Part shown: piece by piece, positions 1 to 9,600 of the stretch
How positions within the stretch are numbered: position 1 is the first letter of the stretch
Layout of the letters: each line of letters starts with the position of its first letter
DNA from: an uncultured Acidobacteriota bacterium
Lineage (GTDB): Bacteria > Acidobacteriota > Thermoanaerobaculia > Gp7-AA8
Direction of reading: 5' to 3'
NCBI GenBank assembly: GCA_963822445.1
Contig: CAWGHO010000001.1
Coordinates: 1,408,001 to 1,472,000 of the forward strand
Length of the DNA stretch: 64,000 nucleotides
Notes under the pieces: model-generated
What the model was told of the DNA's origin: nothing
What the model saw: only the letters and a program-made list of their open reading frames with translations
Database searches by the model: none
Translations under genes and position numbers: made by a program

Positions 1-394
1 TCACGAGGCCTTCGACGGATTCGCGATCGATCGCGTGGCCCGCTTCGATGCGCGGAAACGCGCGCGGCTCATGCAGAACGCGGGGATCATCCGGAACCGG
101 CTGAAGATCGATGCGGCCGTGGAGAACGCGAAACGGATCCGCGAACTGCGGAAGTCACATGGCTCGTTCGGGGCGTGGCTCGACGCGCATCATCCCCGCA
201 CGAAAGGCGAATGGGTGAAGCTCTTCAAGAAGACGTTCGTCTTCACGGGCGGCGAGATCACGGGATCGTTTCTGCTCAGCACGGGCTATCTGCCCGGCGC
301 GCATCAGACCGACTGCCCGGTGTACTCGCGGGTCGTCGCCGCGCGTGCGCCCTGGTCGTTCTCCGCGACAGGCAGTCCCATCGAATCGGCGTAG
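1..394 (+). CDS. tag: DNA-3-methyladenine glycosylase I (5' truncated by window)
   Basis: Motifs GIIRNRLKIDAAVENA, FVFTGGEITGSFL and terminal H-x3-C zinc ligand (HQTDC); the frame is open from the window start. Confidence 0.9.
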   Translation, partial: HEAFDGFAIDRVARFDARKRARLMQNAGIIRNRLKIDAAVENAKRIRELRKSHGSFGAWLDAHHPRTKGEWVKLFKKTFVFTGGEITGSFLLSTGYLPGAHQTDCPVYSRVVAARAPWSFSATGSPIESA

Positions 395-1416
395 AGCATG
401 TGGAAGTGATGCACGCCGTTCTCGCGCTTCGGTGAGTAGCGGCCCGTGTCGTACGTCGACGACTGCAGTCCGCGCTGCACGCTCTCGCAGATGTCGATGT
501 CCTCGAGCTGGATCTCGTCGCTGAACTTCACCGTGTCCTCGACGACCTGACGCGCCGAGTCGGGATCCTTGAAGTACCAGTCGAAGAGCGTGACCGTGCG
601 GCCGTGGCCGAGGGGGAGGATCAGGTTCGTGGAGAAATTGTCGGGGTAGACGTTCAGCATGAGGTTCGGATAGATCCAGAAGTAGCGGACCTCATCATCT
701 CCGCCTTCCGTGCGGATGCGCTCCGCGCGGCGCGTCGGCGCGATCTGGATCGAATACGTCCGCTTCGTCTCCGTGCGGTACGCGTTGTAATCGAGCTCAC
801 GGAACAGGCCGGGATGGACGATGGGGATGTGATAGCCCTCGAGGTAGTTGTCGACGTACACCTTCCAGTTGCAATCGAGCTCCCACGCTTTGTGACGCGC
901 GAGGCGGAAGCCGGTGTAGTCGTGCTTCGGCATGTCGGAGAGCAGCGTGCCGAGGAAGTCGCTCAGTGATTCGGCGCGGGGATCGAGATTCACGAAGACC
1001 AGCTCGTTCCAGACGTCGACTTTGAATTGCGGGAGCACGCAGTTGCTGCGATCGAAGTCCTGCGCGCCGTCGAACTCCGGCGTCACAGCGAGCCGGCCGT
1101 CGAGCGAGTACGTCCAGCCGTGATAGCCGCACTGCAGGACCGGCCGTTTTCCTTCTCCTCGAGCGATCGGCCCGGCGCGATGGCGGCAGACGTTCGACAT
1201 GGCCCGCAGCACGCCGTCCGCGCCGCGCACGACCAGGACCGGCTCGTTCGCGAGGATCATCGTGAAGTACTGGCCGGGATCGCGAACCTGCTCGAGCCGC
1301 CCCGCCAGTTGCCACGTGCGCGCAAAGAGGCGGCGGTTCTCTTCCTCCAGCACCGCGGCATCCGTGTAGAAGCGGGACGGGAGGGTGGAGGCGAATTCGA
1401 GGCGGGGATCGATCAA
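304..1416 (-). CDS. Rieske non-heme iron oxygenase alpha subunit (choline monooxygenase/CntA-like)
   Basis: Rieske motif CRH...CGYHGW, iron-binding motif NWKVYVDNYLEGYHIPIVH, and EDIDICESVQRGL. Confidence 0.9.
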   Translation of the reverse strand: MIDPRLEFASTLPSRFYTDAAVLEEENRRLFARTWQLAGRLEQVRDPGQYFTMILANEPVLVVRGADGVLRAMSNVCRHRAGPIARGEGKRPVLQCGYHGWTYSLDGRLAVTPEFDGAQDFDRSNCVLPQFKVDVWNELVFVNLDPRAESLSDFLGTLLSDMPKHDYTGFRLARHKAWELDCNWKVYVDNYLEGYHIPIVHPGLFRELDYNAYRTETKRTYSIQIAPTRRAERIRTEGGDDEVRYFWIYPNLMLNVYPDNFSTNLILPLGHGRTVTLFDWYFKDPDSARQVVEDTVKFSDEIQLEDIDICESVQRGLQSSTYDTGRYSPKRENGVHHFHMLYADSMGLPVAENDQGARAATTREYTGQSV

Positions 1417-2744
1417 CGGCGTACTTTCCTGGCAAGGAAATACACCGGAACACTCAGAAAAAGAAGCCCCAGCGACCAGAGGCTGCTGTGGAGGTCGCTG
1501 ATCACCGCGCCGATGAGAAAGGCGATCGAGGCGAGCAGCGCCAGTCCTGTGGTGAATGGATGTCCCCAGGCACGATACGGGCGCGGCGCGTCCGGCTCGC
1601 GGCGGCGGAGGACGAACAGGGTCACGAAGGACAGCGCGTAATTCGCGACGAAGAAAAAGGCCAGCTTGGCGATGACCGTCTCGAAGGTGTTCGTGACGAT
1701 GAACGCCGCGGCGAGAAGGCTGCTGATCAGCAGGGCGATGTCCGGCGTGCCGCCGCGATTCACTTCCCGCGCGCCCCGCCAGAACAGGCCATCCTTCGAC
1801 ATCGCGTAAACGACGCGCGGGGCCATGAGGATGTTCGAGCTGACCGCGCTGAGCAGCACCAGCACGACCAGCGCGCGCAGCATGGTCTGCCCTTCGAGCC
1901 CGAACAGCCGCTCGACGACCACGCCCGCGGCGAAGTTGCTGCCGGCGATCGTCGGCAGCGACACTACCGAAAGGAAGGCGACGTTGATCAGCAGGTACAG
2001 CGCGGTGATCACGGCGAGGCTGGACAGCATCGCCCGCGGAATGGCCCGGCCATGGTCTTTCACTTCTTCCGAAAAATAGATGACCGCCGACCAGCCGTCG
2101 TACGTGTAGATCACCGATTGCAACGCGAGGATGAATGCCACCAGCAGCGAGCCTTCATGCTCGGCGATGGCCACCGTCGGCGCCATCGGCGACCGCGAGC
2201 CCAAAGCGAAACAGGCCACGATGAAGAGCACGAGGGCCACGGCCTTGATCATGCTGGTCACGTTCTGAACGGCGGCGCCGCCTTTAACGCCCAGCCACTG
2301 CACCAACGTGAACAGCGCCACCACGATCAGCGCGACGACCTGCGCAGTCCGCACCGCGGGAAAGAGCCCGACGGTGTACTCGCCGACGACGATGGCCACG
2401 GCAGCGGTGGTGCCGCAGGTGGAGATCCAGTCGCTCCAGCCGACGACGAAGCCCGGATAGTCGCCGAGCCCTTTTCGCACGAAGACGTACTGTCCGCCGG
2501 AGCGCGGCACGAGCGTTCCCAACTCCGAGAGCGCATTCGCGCCGAGGAACGCGTAGAGCGCGCCGACGATCCACACCGAGAGAAAGAGCCAGAAGGTCTG
2601 AAGATGACTGGCGATGACGCCGGGCGTGCGGAGGATGCCCGCCCCGACCGCGTTCCCGATCGTGACGGCCAGGCCGAACCCGACCCCCAGGACGGCGAGC
2701 AGGTGCCCGCGAGACACCGCAGCGTTGTTTGTGGAGACCGCCAT
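1413..2744 (-). CDS. APC family amino acid permease
   Basis: About 12 TM segments; GAGI, PRSGGQY and YTYDGW..SEE motifs; 4-nt overlap with the Rieske gene. Confidence 0.9.
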   Translation of the reverse strand: MAVSTNNAAVSRGHLLAVLGVGFGLAVTIGNAVGAGILRTPGVIASHLQTFWLFLSVWIVGALYAFLGANALSELGTLVPRSGGQYVFVRKGLGDYPGFVVGWSDWISTCGTTAAVAIVVGEYTVGLFPAVRTAQVVALIVVALFTLVQWLGVKGGAAVQNVTSMIKAVALVLFIVACFALGSRSPMAPTVAIAEHEGSLLVAFILALQSVIYTYDGWSAVIYFSEEVKDHGRAIPRAMLSSLAVITALYLLINVAFLSVVSLPTIAGSNFAAGVVVERLFGLEGQTMLRALVVLVLLSAVSSNILMAPRVVYAMSKDGLFWRGAREVNRGGTPDIALLISSLLAAAFIVTNTFETVIAKLAFFFVANYALSFVTLFVLRRREPDAPRPYRAWGHPFTTGLALLASIAFLIGAVISDLHSSLWSLGLLFLSVPVYFLARKVRR

Positions 2745-2767
2745 TCAGGCGGGATAAGTGTAAACGC

Positions 2768-2845
2768 GTTGCGGGGTTACGAGGTTACGGGGTTACGGGG
2801 AAGTTTTTGAAACCCCGTAACCTCGAAACCCGCAACCCCGCGACC
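2768..2845. repeat. Inverted tandem 8-mer hairpin, GRGGTTAC family, copy 1
   Basis: GTTGC GGGGTTAC GAGGTTAC GGGGTTAC GGGG, spacer, then CCCCGTAA CCTCGAAA CCCGCAA CCCCGCGA. Confidence 0.85.
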
Positions 2846-2847
2846 TA

Positions 2848-3702
2848 CTACTCAGCGTCCTTGATCGTCACAGGCCCGTTCACGGTCGAGATCCGCACGG
2901 TCTGCGGGCCTCGTCCGAACTCGAACTTGCGCGGCTCATCGTCGTCGTCGTTCCAGTCGGAGCGATTGCGACGTACCTGCCCACCGCATGCTTCGGCTCT
3001 GCATGAGATGGGGCCCCGGCCGTGCGCCTCGACGAGCACGCCGGAAGCGAAGGTTGGAGAGACCTTCACACTGAGCGGACCGTTGCTGGTCGACGCGTCG
3101 AGAGTGCCGCCCTCCCAGGAGGCGCCGTCGAGCGTGACCGAGATCGGTCCGTTGGACGCTTTCACTTTCATCGTGCCCGAGCCGCCGTCGATGGAGATCG
3201 GGCCGTTCGTGGTCACCGCGTCGACGTTGCCGCCGACGTTGTCCAGAGCCAGCGGACCGTTCTTCAACCGCACGACGAAGTTGCCGTCGATGTTGCGGAG
3301 AGAAAGCGGGCCGTTGCGGCTCTCGATGTCGAGGGAGGCGCCGTTCGGGGCGCTGATCCGGTAGGCGACGTTCCAGTCCTTGTGGTCCGGACCGCGGGTC
3401 ACCAGCTCGCCGCCTTCGACGGCGACATGGATGTCCCTGAGGTCCGCGGCGTCCGCGGCGGCCTTGCAGACGGTGATGGTGTAGGTGCGGGCGTTTCCGC
3501 CCTTGATGGCGACCGGCGCATTCGTCACTTTCACCGAGCGCAGGCTCGGTGCGTCGAACGTCTCTTCGGCAACATGCCCCGGCCGGCCGTCGAACCGGAA
3601 TCCGCGGCTCGTGCAGTCATCGCCGTCGACGTTGTTCCATCCGTGCGCGTACGCGCTCGTGGCAAGCAGGGTAACGGCGAGTGTCAAAACCAGACGTGGC
3701 AT
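2848..3702 (-). CDS. Secreted DUF4097-like beta-strand repeat protein
   Basis: Signal peptide followed by repeated (S/T)xNGP(I/L)xV units. Confidence 0.8.
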   Translation of the reverse strand: MPRLVLTLAVTLLATSAYAHGWNNVDGDDCTSRGFRFDGRPGHVAEETFDAPSLRSVKVTNAPVAIKGGNARTYTITVCKAAADAADLRDIHVAVEGGELVTRGPDHKDWNVAYRISAPNGASLDIESRNGPLSLRNIDGNFVVRLKNGPLALDNVGGNVDAVTTNGPISIDGGSGTMKVKASNGPISVTLDGASWEGGTLDASTSNGPLSVKVSPTFASGVLVEAHGRGPISCRAEACGGQVRRNRSDWNDDDDEPRKFEFGRGPQTVRISTVNGPVTIKDAE

Positions 3703-3729
3703 GGGTGCGATCCTCCCTTTTCGAAGTCA

Positions 3730-3757
3730 TAGACGTGAGATCGGGAGGAAAGTTAGA
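3730..3757 (-). promoter_or_regulatory. Candidate ECF sigma promoter (AAC-N16-CGTCTA)
   Basis: Minus strand reads tctAACtttcctcccgatctcaCGTcta, upstream of the SD GGGAGG of the DUF4097 gene. Confidence 0.55.
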
Positions 3758-3778
3758 AACCGTTACAATTCGCGGATC

Positions 3779-4606
3779 ATGAAAAACGGACTCTTCGCGG
3801 TGGTGGTTGTTCTCGCTGCGTCGGCCGTGGCCCCTGCAGCGGTCGCGGCTGACTGGTATGCGCAGTACGAAAAAGGCGTGCGGCTGATCGAACAGGGCAA
3901 CGCCGCCGAGGCGAAAACGGCGCTCGAAGCGGCCCTGGCTGCTCGCCAGGCGGAAGGAGTGCAGGTCCCGACCCGCACCCACCAGTACACCGACTACCTC
4001 CCGCACCTCTATCTCGCCATCGCCAGCCAGATGACCGGCGACGTCGAGGCGGCCCGGAAGCACCTGGCCATGGCCGAAAGCTCGGGCATGGCCGCGAAAA
4101 GCGAAGTCGGACGGCCGCTTCTGGTCGCGTATCAACTCCTTCTTCGCGGCGACGGCGCCGGCAAGTTCCCGCGCTATGCCGTGTTCGAGAAGAAAGCGCC
4201 CGTGCTGAGCGAAGCCGATTTCACGATGCTCCGCAACGACGTGCTCATGAAGTGCGACCTGCCCGCCGACACGAAGATGAGCAACGCGCCCTGGTACGCG
4301 AATTACGAGCTCGGCCTCGAGCTGGAGCGCAAAGGCGATTACCCGCGCGCGCTCACGCACTTCATCGACGCCGTCGCCCAACGCCCAAACCCCCAGAAGC
4401 AGGCCCGCATGTACGGGATGTGGCTGATCGACTACTACCCCTACTTCCACATCGCCCGCGCCCACACCCGCCTCGAAAACTGGCAATGCGCGAAGAATGC
4501 TCTCGACATCTCCCAGCGCCTCGGCGAGATCCCGAACAGCTCACCGGAGATGAACGAGTGGCTTTCGTTGCAGCGGGAGACGGAGCGGCGGTTGGCGGAA
4601 AAGTAA
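3779..4606 (+). CDS. Secreted TPR-like helical protein with an internal duplication
   Basis: Signal peptide; the unit WYA.YE.G...DY.P..(L/I)A occurs twice. Confidence 0.7.
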   Translation: MKNGLFAVVVVLAASAVAPAAVAADWYAQYEKGVRLIEQGNAAEAKTALEAALAARQAEGVQVPTRTHQYTDYLPHLYLAIASQMTGDVEAARKHLAMAESSGMAAKSEVGRPLLVAYQLLLRGDGAGKFPRYAVFEKKAPVLSEADFTMLRNDVLMKCDLPADTKMSNAPWYANYELGLELERKGDYPRALTHFIDAVAQRPNPQKQARMYGMWLIDYYPYFHIARAHTRLENWQCAKNALDISQRLGEIPNSSPEMNEWLSLQRETERRLAEK

Positions 4607-4614
4607 GCGTTGGC

Positions 4615-4702
4615 TCTGGACTGCGGCGGCAGAGCCGCCGCTCTAGACGCCGCGGCGATGCCGCGGCAAGTGAAAGCGGCAGCTCTGCTGCCGCAGTCCA
4701 GA
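4615..4702. repeat. REP/REPIN-like composite palindrome
   Basis: 28-bp arm TCTGGACTGCGGCGGCAGAGCCGCCGCT and its near-perfect inverse flank a central GCCGCGGC-gat-GCCGCGGC hairpin; lies between convergent genes. Confidence 0.75.
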
Positions 4703-4703
4703 A

Positions 4704-5414
4704 CTAGCCCCCCAAATACGCCTTCTTGATCCGATCGCTCGCCAGCAGCGCCTTGGTGTTGTCGGCGAGCACGATCCGGCCGGTCTCCATCACATAACCG
4801 CGGTGCGCGGTCACGAGGGCCATGTGGGCGTTCTGTTCGACGAGCAGGATCGTCGTCCCTTCCGCGTTGATCTCGCGGATGACGCGGAAGATCGTCTGCA
4901 CCATCTGCGGCGCGAGTCCGAGGGAAGGCTCATCGAGCAGGAGCACGCTCGGCTTGGCCATGAGCGCGCGGGAAATCGCGAGCATCTGCTGCTCGCCGCC
5001 GGACAGCGTTCCGGCGCTCTGCTTGATGCGCTCTTTGAGCACGGGGAACAGCGAGTAAACGCGCTCGTACTCGGCCTGGGTGATCTTGTCCTTGCGCAGG
5101 TAGCCGCCCAGCTCGAGGTTGTCGTGCACGGTCAGGTTCGCGAAGATCCCGCGGCCCTCCGGCACGTGCGAGATGCCCTTGCCGGTGATGATGTGCGGCT
5201 TCACGCCGGTGATGTTCTGGCCGTTGAAGGAGATCTCCCCCTTCTTCGGCTTGAGCAGCCCCGAGATCGTGCGCAGGGTCGTGGTCTTGCCCGCGCCGTT
5301 GGCGCCGATCAGCGTGACGATCTCCCCTTTGTTCACCTCGAGATCGATTCCGTGCAGCGCCGCGATGGCGCCGTACGAGACTTCGATCCCGCGCACCGAA
5401 AGGACCGTGGTCAT
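4704..5414 (-). CDS. livF: Branched-chain amino acid ABC transporter ATPase
   Basis: GANGAGKTT, LSGGEQQMLAI, DEPSLGLAP. Confidence 0.95.
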   Translation of the reverse strand: MTTVLSVRGIEVSYGAIAALHGIDLEVNKGEIVTLIGANGAGKTTTLRTISGLLKPKKGEISFNGQNITGVKPHIITGKGISHVPEGRGIFANLTVHDNLELGGYLRKDKITQAEYERVYSLFPVLKERIKQSAGTLSGGEQQMLAISRALMAKPSVLLLDEPSLGLAPQMVQTIFRVIREINAEGTTILLVEQNAHMALVTAHRGYVMETGRIVLADNTKALLASDRIKKAYLGG

Positions 5415-6199
5415 ACTTCGGCCGCCTCCGCCGGTTCGCCGAGGTACGCCTCGATCACGGCCTTGTCATTGCGGATCGCCTCGGGTGACCCTTCGGCGAT
5501 GGTCTTGCCGAAGTTCAGCACGATGATCCGCTCGCAGATCCCCATCACCAGTTCCATGTTGTGCTCGATGAGGAGGATGGAGATGTTGAAGCGGTCGCGG
5601 ATGTCGTGAATGGTCTGCATCAGCGAGCGGGTCTCGCTGTCGTTGAGACCCGCGGCCGGCTCGTCGAGCAAGAGCAGTTTCGGCCGCGCCGACAATGCCC
5701 GCGCGATCTCCAGCCGCCGCTGATCGCCGTACGGAAGATTCTTCGCGTAAGTCTCCGCACGCGACTTGAGGCCGAAGATCTCGAGCAGCTTCTCCGCCTC
5801 GATCTCCGCCTCGGCCTCCGCTTCGTGAAAGCGATTCGTGTGCAGCACCGCGGAGGTGCCGGAGTACTTGTAGTGGATGTGGCCGCCGATCTTCACGTTG
5901 TCGAGCACGGACAGCTCTTTGAAGAGCCGGATGTTCTGAAACGTGCGCGCGACGCCGAGGCTGGTGATCTGGTACGGCTTCATGTCCGTGGTCAGGACGC
6001 CGTCGATCGTGATCCGCCCCTCGCTCGGTTTGTAGACGCCGGTGAGCATGTTGAAGATCGTGGTCTTGCCCGCGCCGTTCGGACCGATCAGCCCGACCAG
6101 CTCGTGCGGCCCGATGCTCAGATTGAAATCCGACACCGCGGTCAGTCCGCCGAAGCGGATGGTGACCGACTGCGCCTGGAGAAGAGCTTCGTTTGCCAT
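5411..6199 (-). CDS. livG: Branched-chain amino acid ABC transporter ATPase
   Basis: GPNGAGKTT, ARTFQNIRLF, LPYGDQRRLEIARAL, VIEAYLG. Confidence 0.95.
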   Translation of the reverse strand: MANEALLQAQSVTIRFGGLTAVSDFNLSIGPHELVGLIGPNGAGKTTIFNMLTGVYKPSEGRITIDGVLTTDMKPYQITSLGVARTFQNIRLFKELSVLDNVKIGGHIHYKYSGTSAVLHTNRFHEAEAEAEIEAEKLLEIFGLKSRAETYAKNLPYGDQRRLEIARALSARPKLLLLDEPAAGLNDSETRSLMQTIHDIRDRFNISILLIEHNMELVMGICERIIVLNFGKTIAEGSPEAIRNDKAVIEAYLGEPAEAAEV

Positions 6200-7294
6200 T
6201 TACGTAACCGGCGGCCCGGCATCGCGATCGAGCTTGTCGTCGCCCTGATCGCGCGGTTCGGTCGGAATTCTGTCTTTGCGCTTCGGGAGGAAATCCCACA
6301 GCTCGCGGCGGCCGAAGAGCCCCTGCGGCCGGGTGAGCATCAGCACGATGAGCATGATCGAGTAGATGACCATGCGCGGATCGCGTCCGCCCGGCATGTA
6401 GTCCTTCACCGCCCGCAGCCCCTCGGGCAGGAACGTGAGGATGATCGCCGCGACGATCGATCCGGAGATCGATCCCAGCCCGCCGAGGACGACCATGGCC
6501 ACGACCTCGAAGGACTTGATGAACGTGAACATGGTCGGGTTGAGATACGCCGGCGTGTAATGCGCGAACAGCGCGCCGGCGACACCCGCGAGGCAGGAGC
6601 CGATGATGAACGCCTTGACCTTGTAGCGGGTCGTGTCGACGCCCATCGCTTCCGCGGCGATCTGATCTTCGCGAACGGCGAGGAACGCGCGGCCGACCGA
6701 GGAGTTCACCAGGCGGTGCGAGATCAGAATGGTGATCCCGGCGAAGAAGAAGACCCAGAAGAAGTTGCTCCAGGGCGGAATGCCGGTCAGCCCGCGCGCC
6801 GCGCCGACTTTGTCGACGTTGAGGATGATCACGCGGATGATCTCGCCGAAGCCGAGCGTGACGATTGCCAGGTAATCACCGCGGAGACGCAGCGATGGCA
6901 GGCCGACGAGGTATCCCGCGATCGCCGAGACCAGCGCGCCGACGAGGATGGCCACGATCAGCAGCACGTTCTGCCAGAGCGCGAGCTGCGAGCTGTTCTC
7001 CGGGAACTTCTCCAGGTACGGACCGAAGTAATAGACGGTCAGATACGCGGATGAATACGCGCCGATGGCCATGAATCCCGCGTGTCCGAGGGAGAACTGC
7101 CCCGCGTGGCCGTTGATGATGTTCAGCGAAACGGCCAGGCCGATGTTGATGCCCATCAGCACGAGAATGCGGTTGTAGTAACGCATCACCGGCCAGTAGC
7201 CGACCGCATATTCCAGCGCCCACCACGCGCCGATAAGCACGGCGATGAACAGACCGAGATAGATGAGGTCGCGGAGCCACCAGGTCTTCGGCAT
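6200..7294 (-). CDS. livM: Branched-chain amino acid ABC permease
   Basis: GQFSLGHAGF, LRLRGDYLAIVTLGFGEIIR. Confidence 0.95.
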   Translation of the reverse strand: MPKTWWLRDLIYLGLFIAVLIGAWWALEYAVGYWPVMRYYNRILVLMGINIGLAVSLNIINGHAGQFSLGHAGFMAIGAYSSAYLTVYYFGPYLEKFPENSSQLALWQNVLLIVAILVGALVSAIAGYLVGLPSLRLRGDYLAIVTLGFGEIIRVIILNVDKVGAARGLTGIPPWSNFFWVFFFAGITILISHRLVNSSVGRAFLAVREDQIAAEAMGVDTTRYKVKAFIIGSCLAGVAGALFAHYTPAYLNPTMFTFIKSFEVVAMVVLGGLGSISGSIVAAIILTFLPEGLRAVKDYMPGGRDPRMVIYSIMLIVLMLTRPQGLFGRRELWDFLPKRKDRIPTEPRDQGDDKLDRDAGPPVT

Positions 7295-7297
7295 GCG

Positions 7298-8200
7298 TTA
7301 GACCTTCTCCGGCTCGTACTTGCCGAACAATCCGCTCGGCCTGAACAGGAGGATCACGATCAGGATCACGAAGGCGATGGCGTCGCGGTAGTTCGAGAAC
7401 TGCGAGCCGCCGACGAACGATTCGATGATGCCGATGAGAATTCCACCGACGACTGCGCCGGGCACGTTGCCGATCCCGCCGAGGACCGCTGCGACGAAGG
7501 CCTTGAGCCCGGGCATGACGCCCATCAGCGGATCGATCTTCGGGTACGAGAGTCCGAACAGGATCCCCGCGACCGCGGCGAGCATCGAGCCGATGATGAA
7601 GGTGGTGGAGATCACGCGGTCCGTGGGAATGCCCATCAGCGACGCGGTCTCGAAGTTGTACGAAACCGCGCGCATGGCCCGGCCGAACTTCGTGCCGTAG
7701 ACGATGTACTGCAACAGAGCCATGAACGCGATGGCGACGCCGAGCACGATGAGCTGGTAGTTCGTCGTCACGACACCGCCGATGTTGATCAGATGCTTCT
7801 CGATCAGCGTCGGGAAGAATTTCGGATCGGGACCGAATACGAACTGGCCGCCGTACTCGAGCAGGAAGGACACGCCGATGGCGGTGATCAGCGACGCGAT
7901 GCGCGGCGCGTTGCGCAGCGGGCGGTAGGCAATGCGCTCATTGAGATAGCCGAGCGCGCCGCAGATGAGCATCGACAGAACGAGCACGATGCCCGCGTTC
8001 GCCCAGGAAGACCCGGTCCCGCCGTTGGCGACGTAACGGCCGGCGTAAAAACCGACGAACGAGCCGATCATGAACACGTCGCCGTGAGCGAAGTTGATCA
8101 GCTTGAGGATGCCGTACACCATCGTGTAGCCGAGGGCGATGAGGGCGTAGATCGAGCCGGCGGCAATCCCGTTGAGAAGATTCTGGAGGAGGGTCTGCAT
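7298..8200 (-). CDS. livH: Branched-chain amino acid ABC permease
   Basis: GSIYALIALGYTMVYGILKLINFAHG, KAFVAAVLGGIG. Confidence 0.95.
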   Translation of the reverse strand: MQTLLQNLLNGIAAGSIYALIALGYTMVYGILKLINFAHGDVFMIGSFVGFYAGRYVANGGTGSSWANAGIVLVLSMLICGALGYLNERIAYRPLRNAPRIASLITAIGVSFLLEYGGQFVFGPDPKFFPTLIEKHLINIGGVVTTNYQLIVLGVAIAFMALLQYIVYGTKFGRAMRAVSYNFETASLMGIPTDRVISTTFIIGSMLAAVAGILFGLSYPKIDPLMGVMPGLKAFVAAVLGGIGNVPGAVVGGILIGIIESFVGGSQFSNYRDAIAFVILIVILLFRPSGLFGKYEPEKV

Positions 8201-8204
8201 TCAG

Positions 8205-8239
8205 AAAAAAGGTCCGGCGAAAACTACTCGCCGGACCTT
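8205..8239 (-). terminator. Intrinsic terminator or stabilising hairpin between livK and livH
   Basis: AAGGTCCGGCGA-loop-TCGCCGGACCTT followed by a U-tract on the minus strand. Confidence 0.75.
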
Positions 8240-8267
8240 GAGATGTAAAGGCTTTTGTTGCTACGGC

Positions 8268-9530
8268 TTACTGCGTGCGCGTGGTCGCCGTGGCCGGCAC
8301 GGAGCCGGTCGTTCCGGTGGTGTCGGTGGTGCTCGTTGGGGCGCCCTGTGGCGCCGAGCCGGCCATCGGATCGACGACACCCTTGAGGATAGTCGTGTTG
8401 TTGCGGACCTCGAGGATCGCCAGCTTCTTGCCGATCGGGTTGCGGTCCGGGCCGAGGGTGATGATGCCCGTGACGCCGGTGAAGTTCGCCGTCTTGGCAA
8501 TCTCGTCGCGCAGCTTCGGACCGTCGGTCGCGCCCGCGCGCTTGATGGCCTCGGCCAGAACACGCGCCGAGTCGTACGCCAACGCGGCGAGCGAGTCCGG
8601 CTTCGCGCCGAAGCGTTCCTGGTACTTCTGTACGAACTCGCGCACGGCGGGCGCCGGATCGTCGACGTGGTAGTGGTTCGAGTAGAAGCAGCCGTCGAGC
8701 GCCTTGCCACCGATCTCGAACAGCTTCGGCGACTCCCAGCCGTCGCCGCCGGCCAGAGGCTGCGTCATGCCGAGGTCGCGGGCCTGGATGGCGATCTGTC
8801 CGATCTCGTTGTAGTAGCCGGGAATGAAGATGACCTCGGGATTGGTGGATTTGATCGTGGTGAGCTGCGAGCGGAAGTCACTGTCGCCCTGCGCATAGCT
8901 CTGCTTGCCGACGATCTGTCCGCCGTTGGCGAGGAAGACGCGCTCGAAGTTCGCGGCCAAGCCGGTCGAGTAGTCGCTCTTCACGTCGATCAGGACCGCG
9001 GCCTTCTTCATGCCCAGTTGCCGGGACAGGTAGTTGGCCATGGCTTCGCCCTGGTACGGGTCGATGAAGCACATGCGGAAGATGTAGTCGCCGACCTGGG
9101 TCACCTTCTCGTTGGTCGACGACGGCGTGATCATCGGGACTTTGTTGTTCTGGCAGATCGGCGCCGCGGCGAGTGAGCTCGACGACGCGACTTCGCCGAG
9201 GATGGCCACGACCTGGTTCTGGGAGATCAGTTTGGTGACAGCGTTTGCCGCTTCCTCTGCCTTGGACTGGTCGTCCTCAGTGACGACTTTGATCTTGCGG
9301 CCGCCGACGCCGCCCGAGGCGTTGATCTCGTCGATCGCGAGCATGATCCCGTTGTGGGTCGACTGGCCGAACGTAGCCTGGCCGCCGGTGAGCGAACCGT
9401 ACTCGCCGACGAGGATCTCGCCGCCGCCGGCGTCGGCACTCGAAGCGCCGGTGCTTTCGGTTTTGGGCGGGCAGCCGAGGAAGGCCAGAGAGAGGATGAG
9501 CGTCAGGACAATCAGCAGTTTGTTGCGCAT
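8268..9530 (-). CDS. livK: Branched-chain amino acid ABC substrate-binding lipoprotein
   Basis: Lipobox-like FLGC, LivJ/K-type motifs, Thr-rich C-terminal tail; first gene of the liv operon. Confidence 0.9.
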   Translation of the reverse strand: MRNKLLIVLTLILSLAFLGCPPKTESTGASSADAGGGEILVGEYGSLTGGQATFGQSTHNGIMLAIDEINASGGVGGRKIKVVTEDDQSKAEEAANAVTKLISQNQVVAILGEVASSSSLAAAPICQNNKVPMITPSSTNEKVTQVGDYIFRMCFIDPYQGEAMANYLSRQLGMKKAAVLIDVKSDYSTGLAANFERVFLANGGQIVGKQSYAQGDSDFRSQLTTIKSTNPEVIFIPGYYNEIGQIAIQARDLGMTQPLAGGDGWESPKLFEIGGKALDGCFYSNHYHVDDPAPAVREFVQKYQERFGAKPDSLAALAYDSARVLAEAIKRAGATDGPKLRDEIAKTANFTGVTGIITLGPDRNPIGKKLAILEVRNNTTILKGVVDPMAGSAPQGAPTSTTDTTGTTGSVPATATTRTQ

Positions 9531-9600
9531 GGCGGCGAAGTATACGAAAACGGGGCCAGCCGTGACGCTTCCGGCCGTCCGTGCGTATGGAAGTCACAGA

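Noticed and set aside
9112-9600. N-terminal extension of the 891-aa ORF
   Set aside because: It overlaps livK on the opposite strand; the start with a signal peptide is at 9601.
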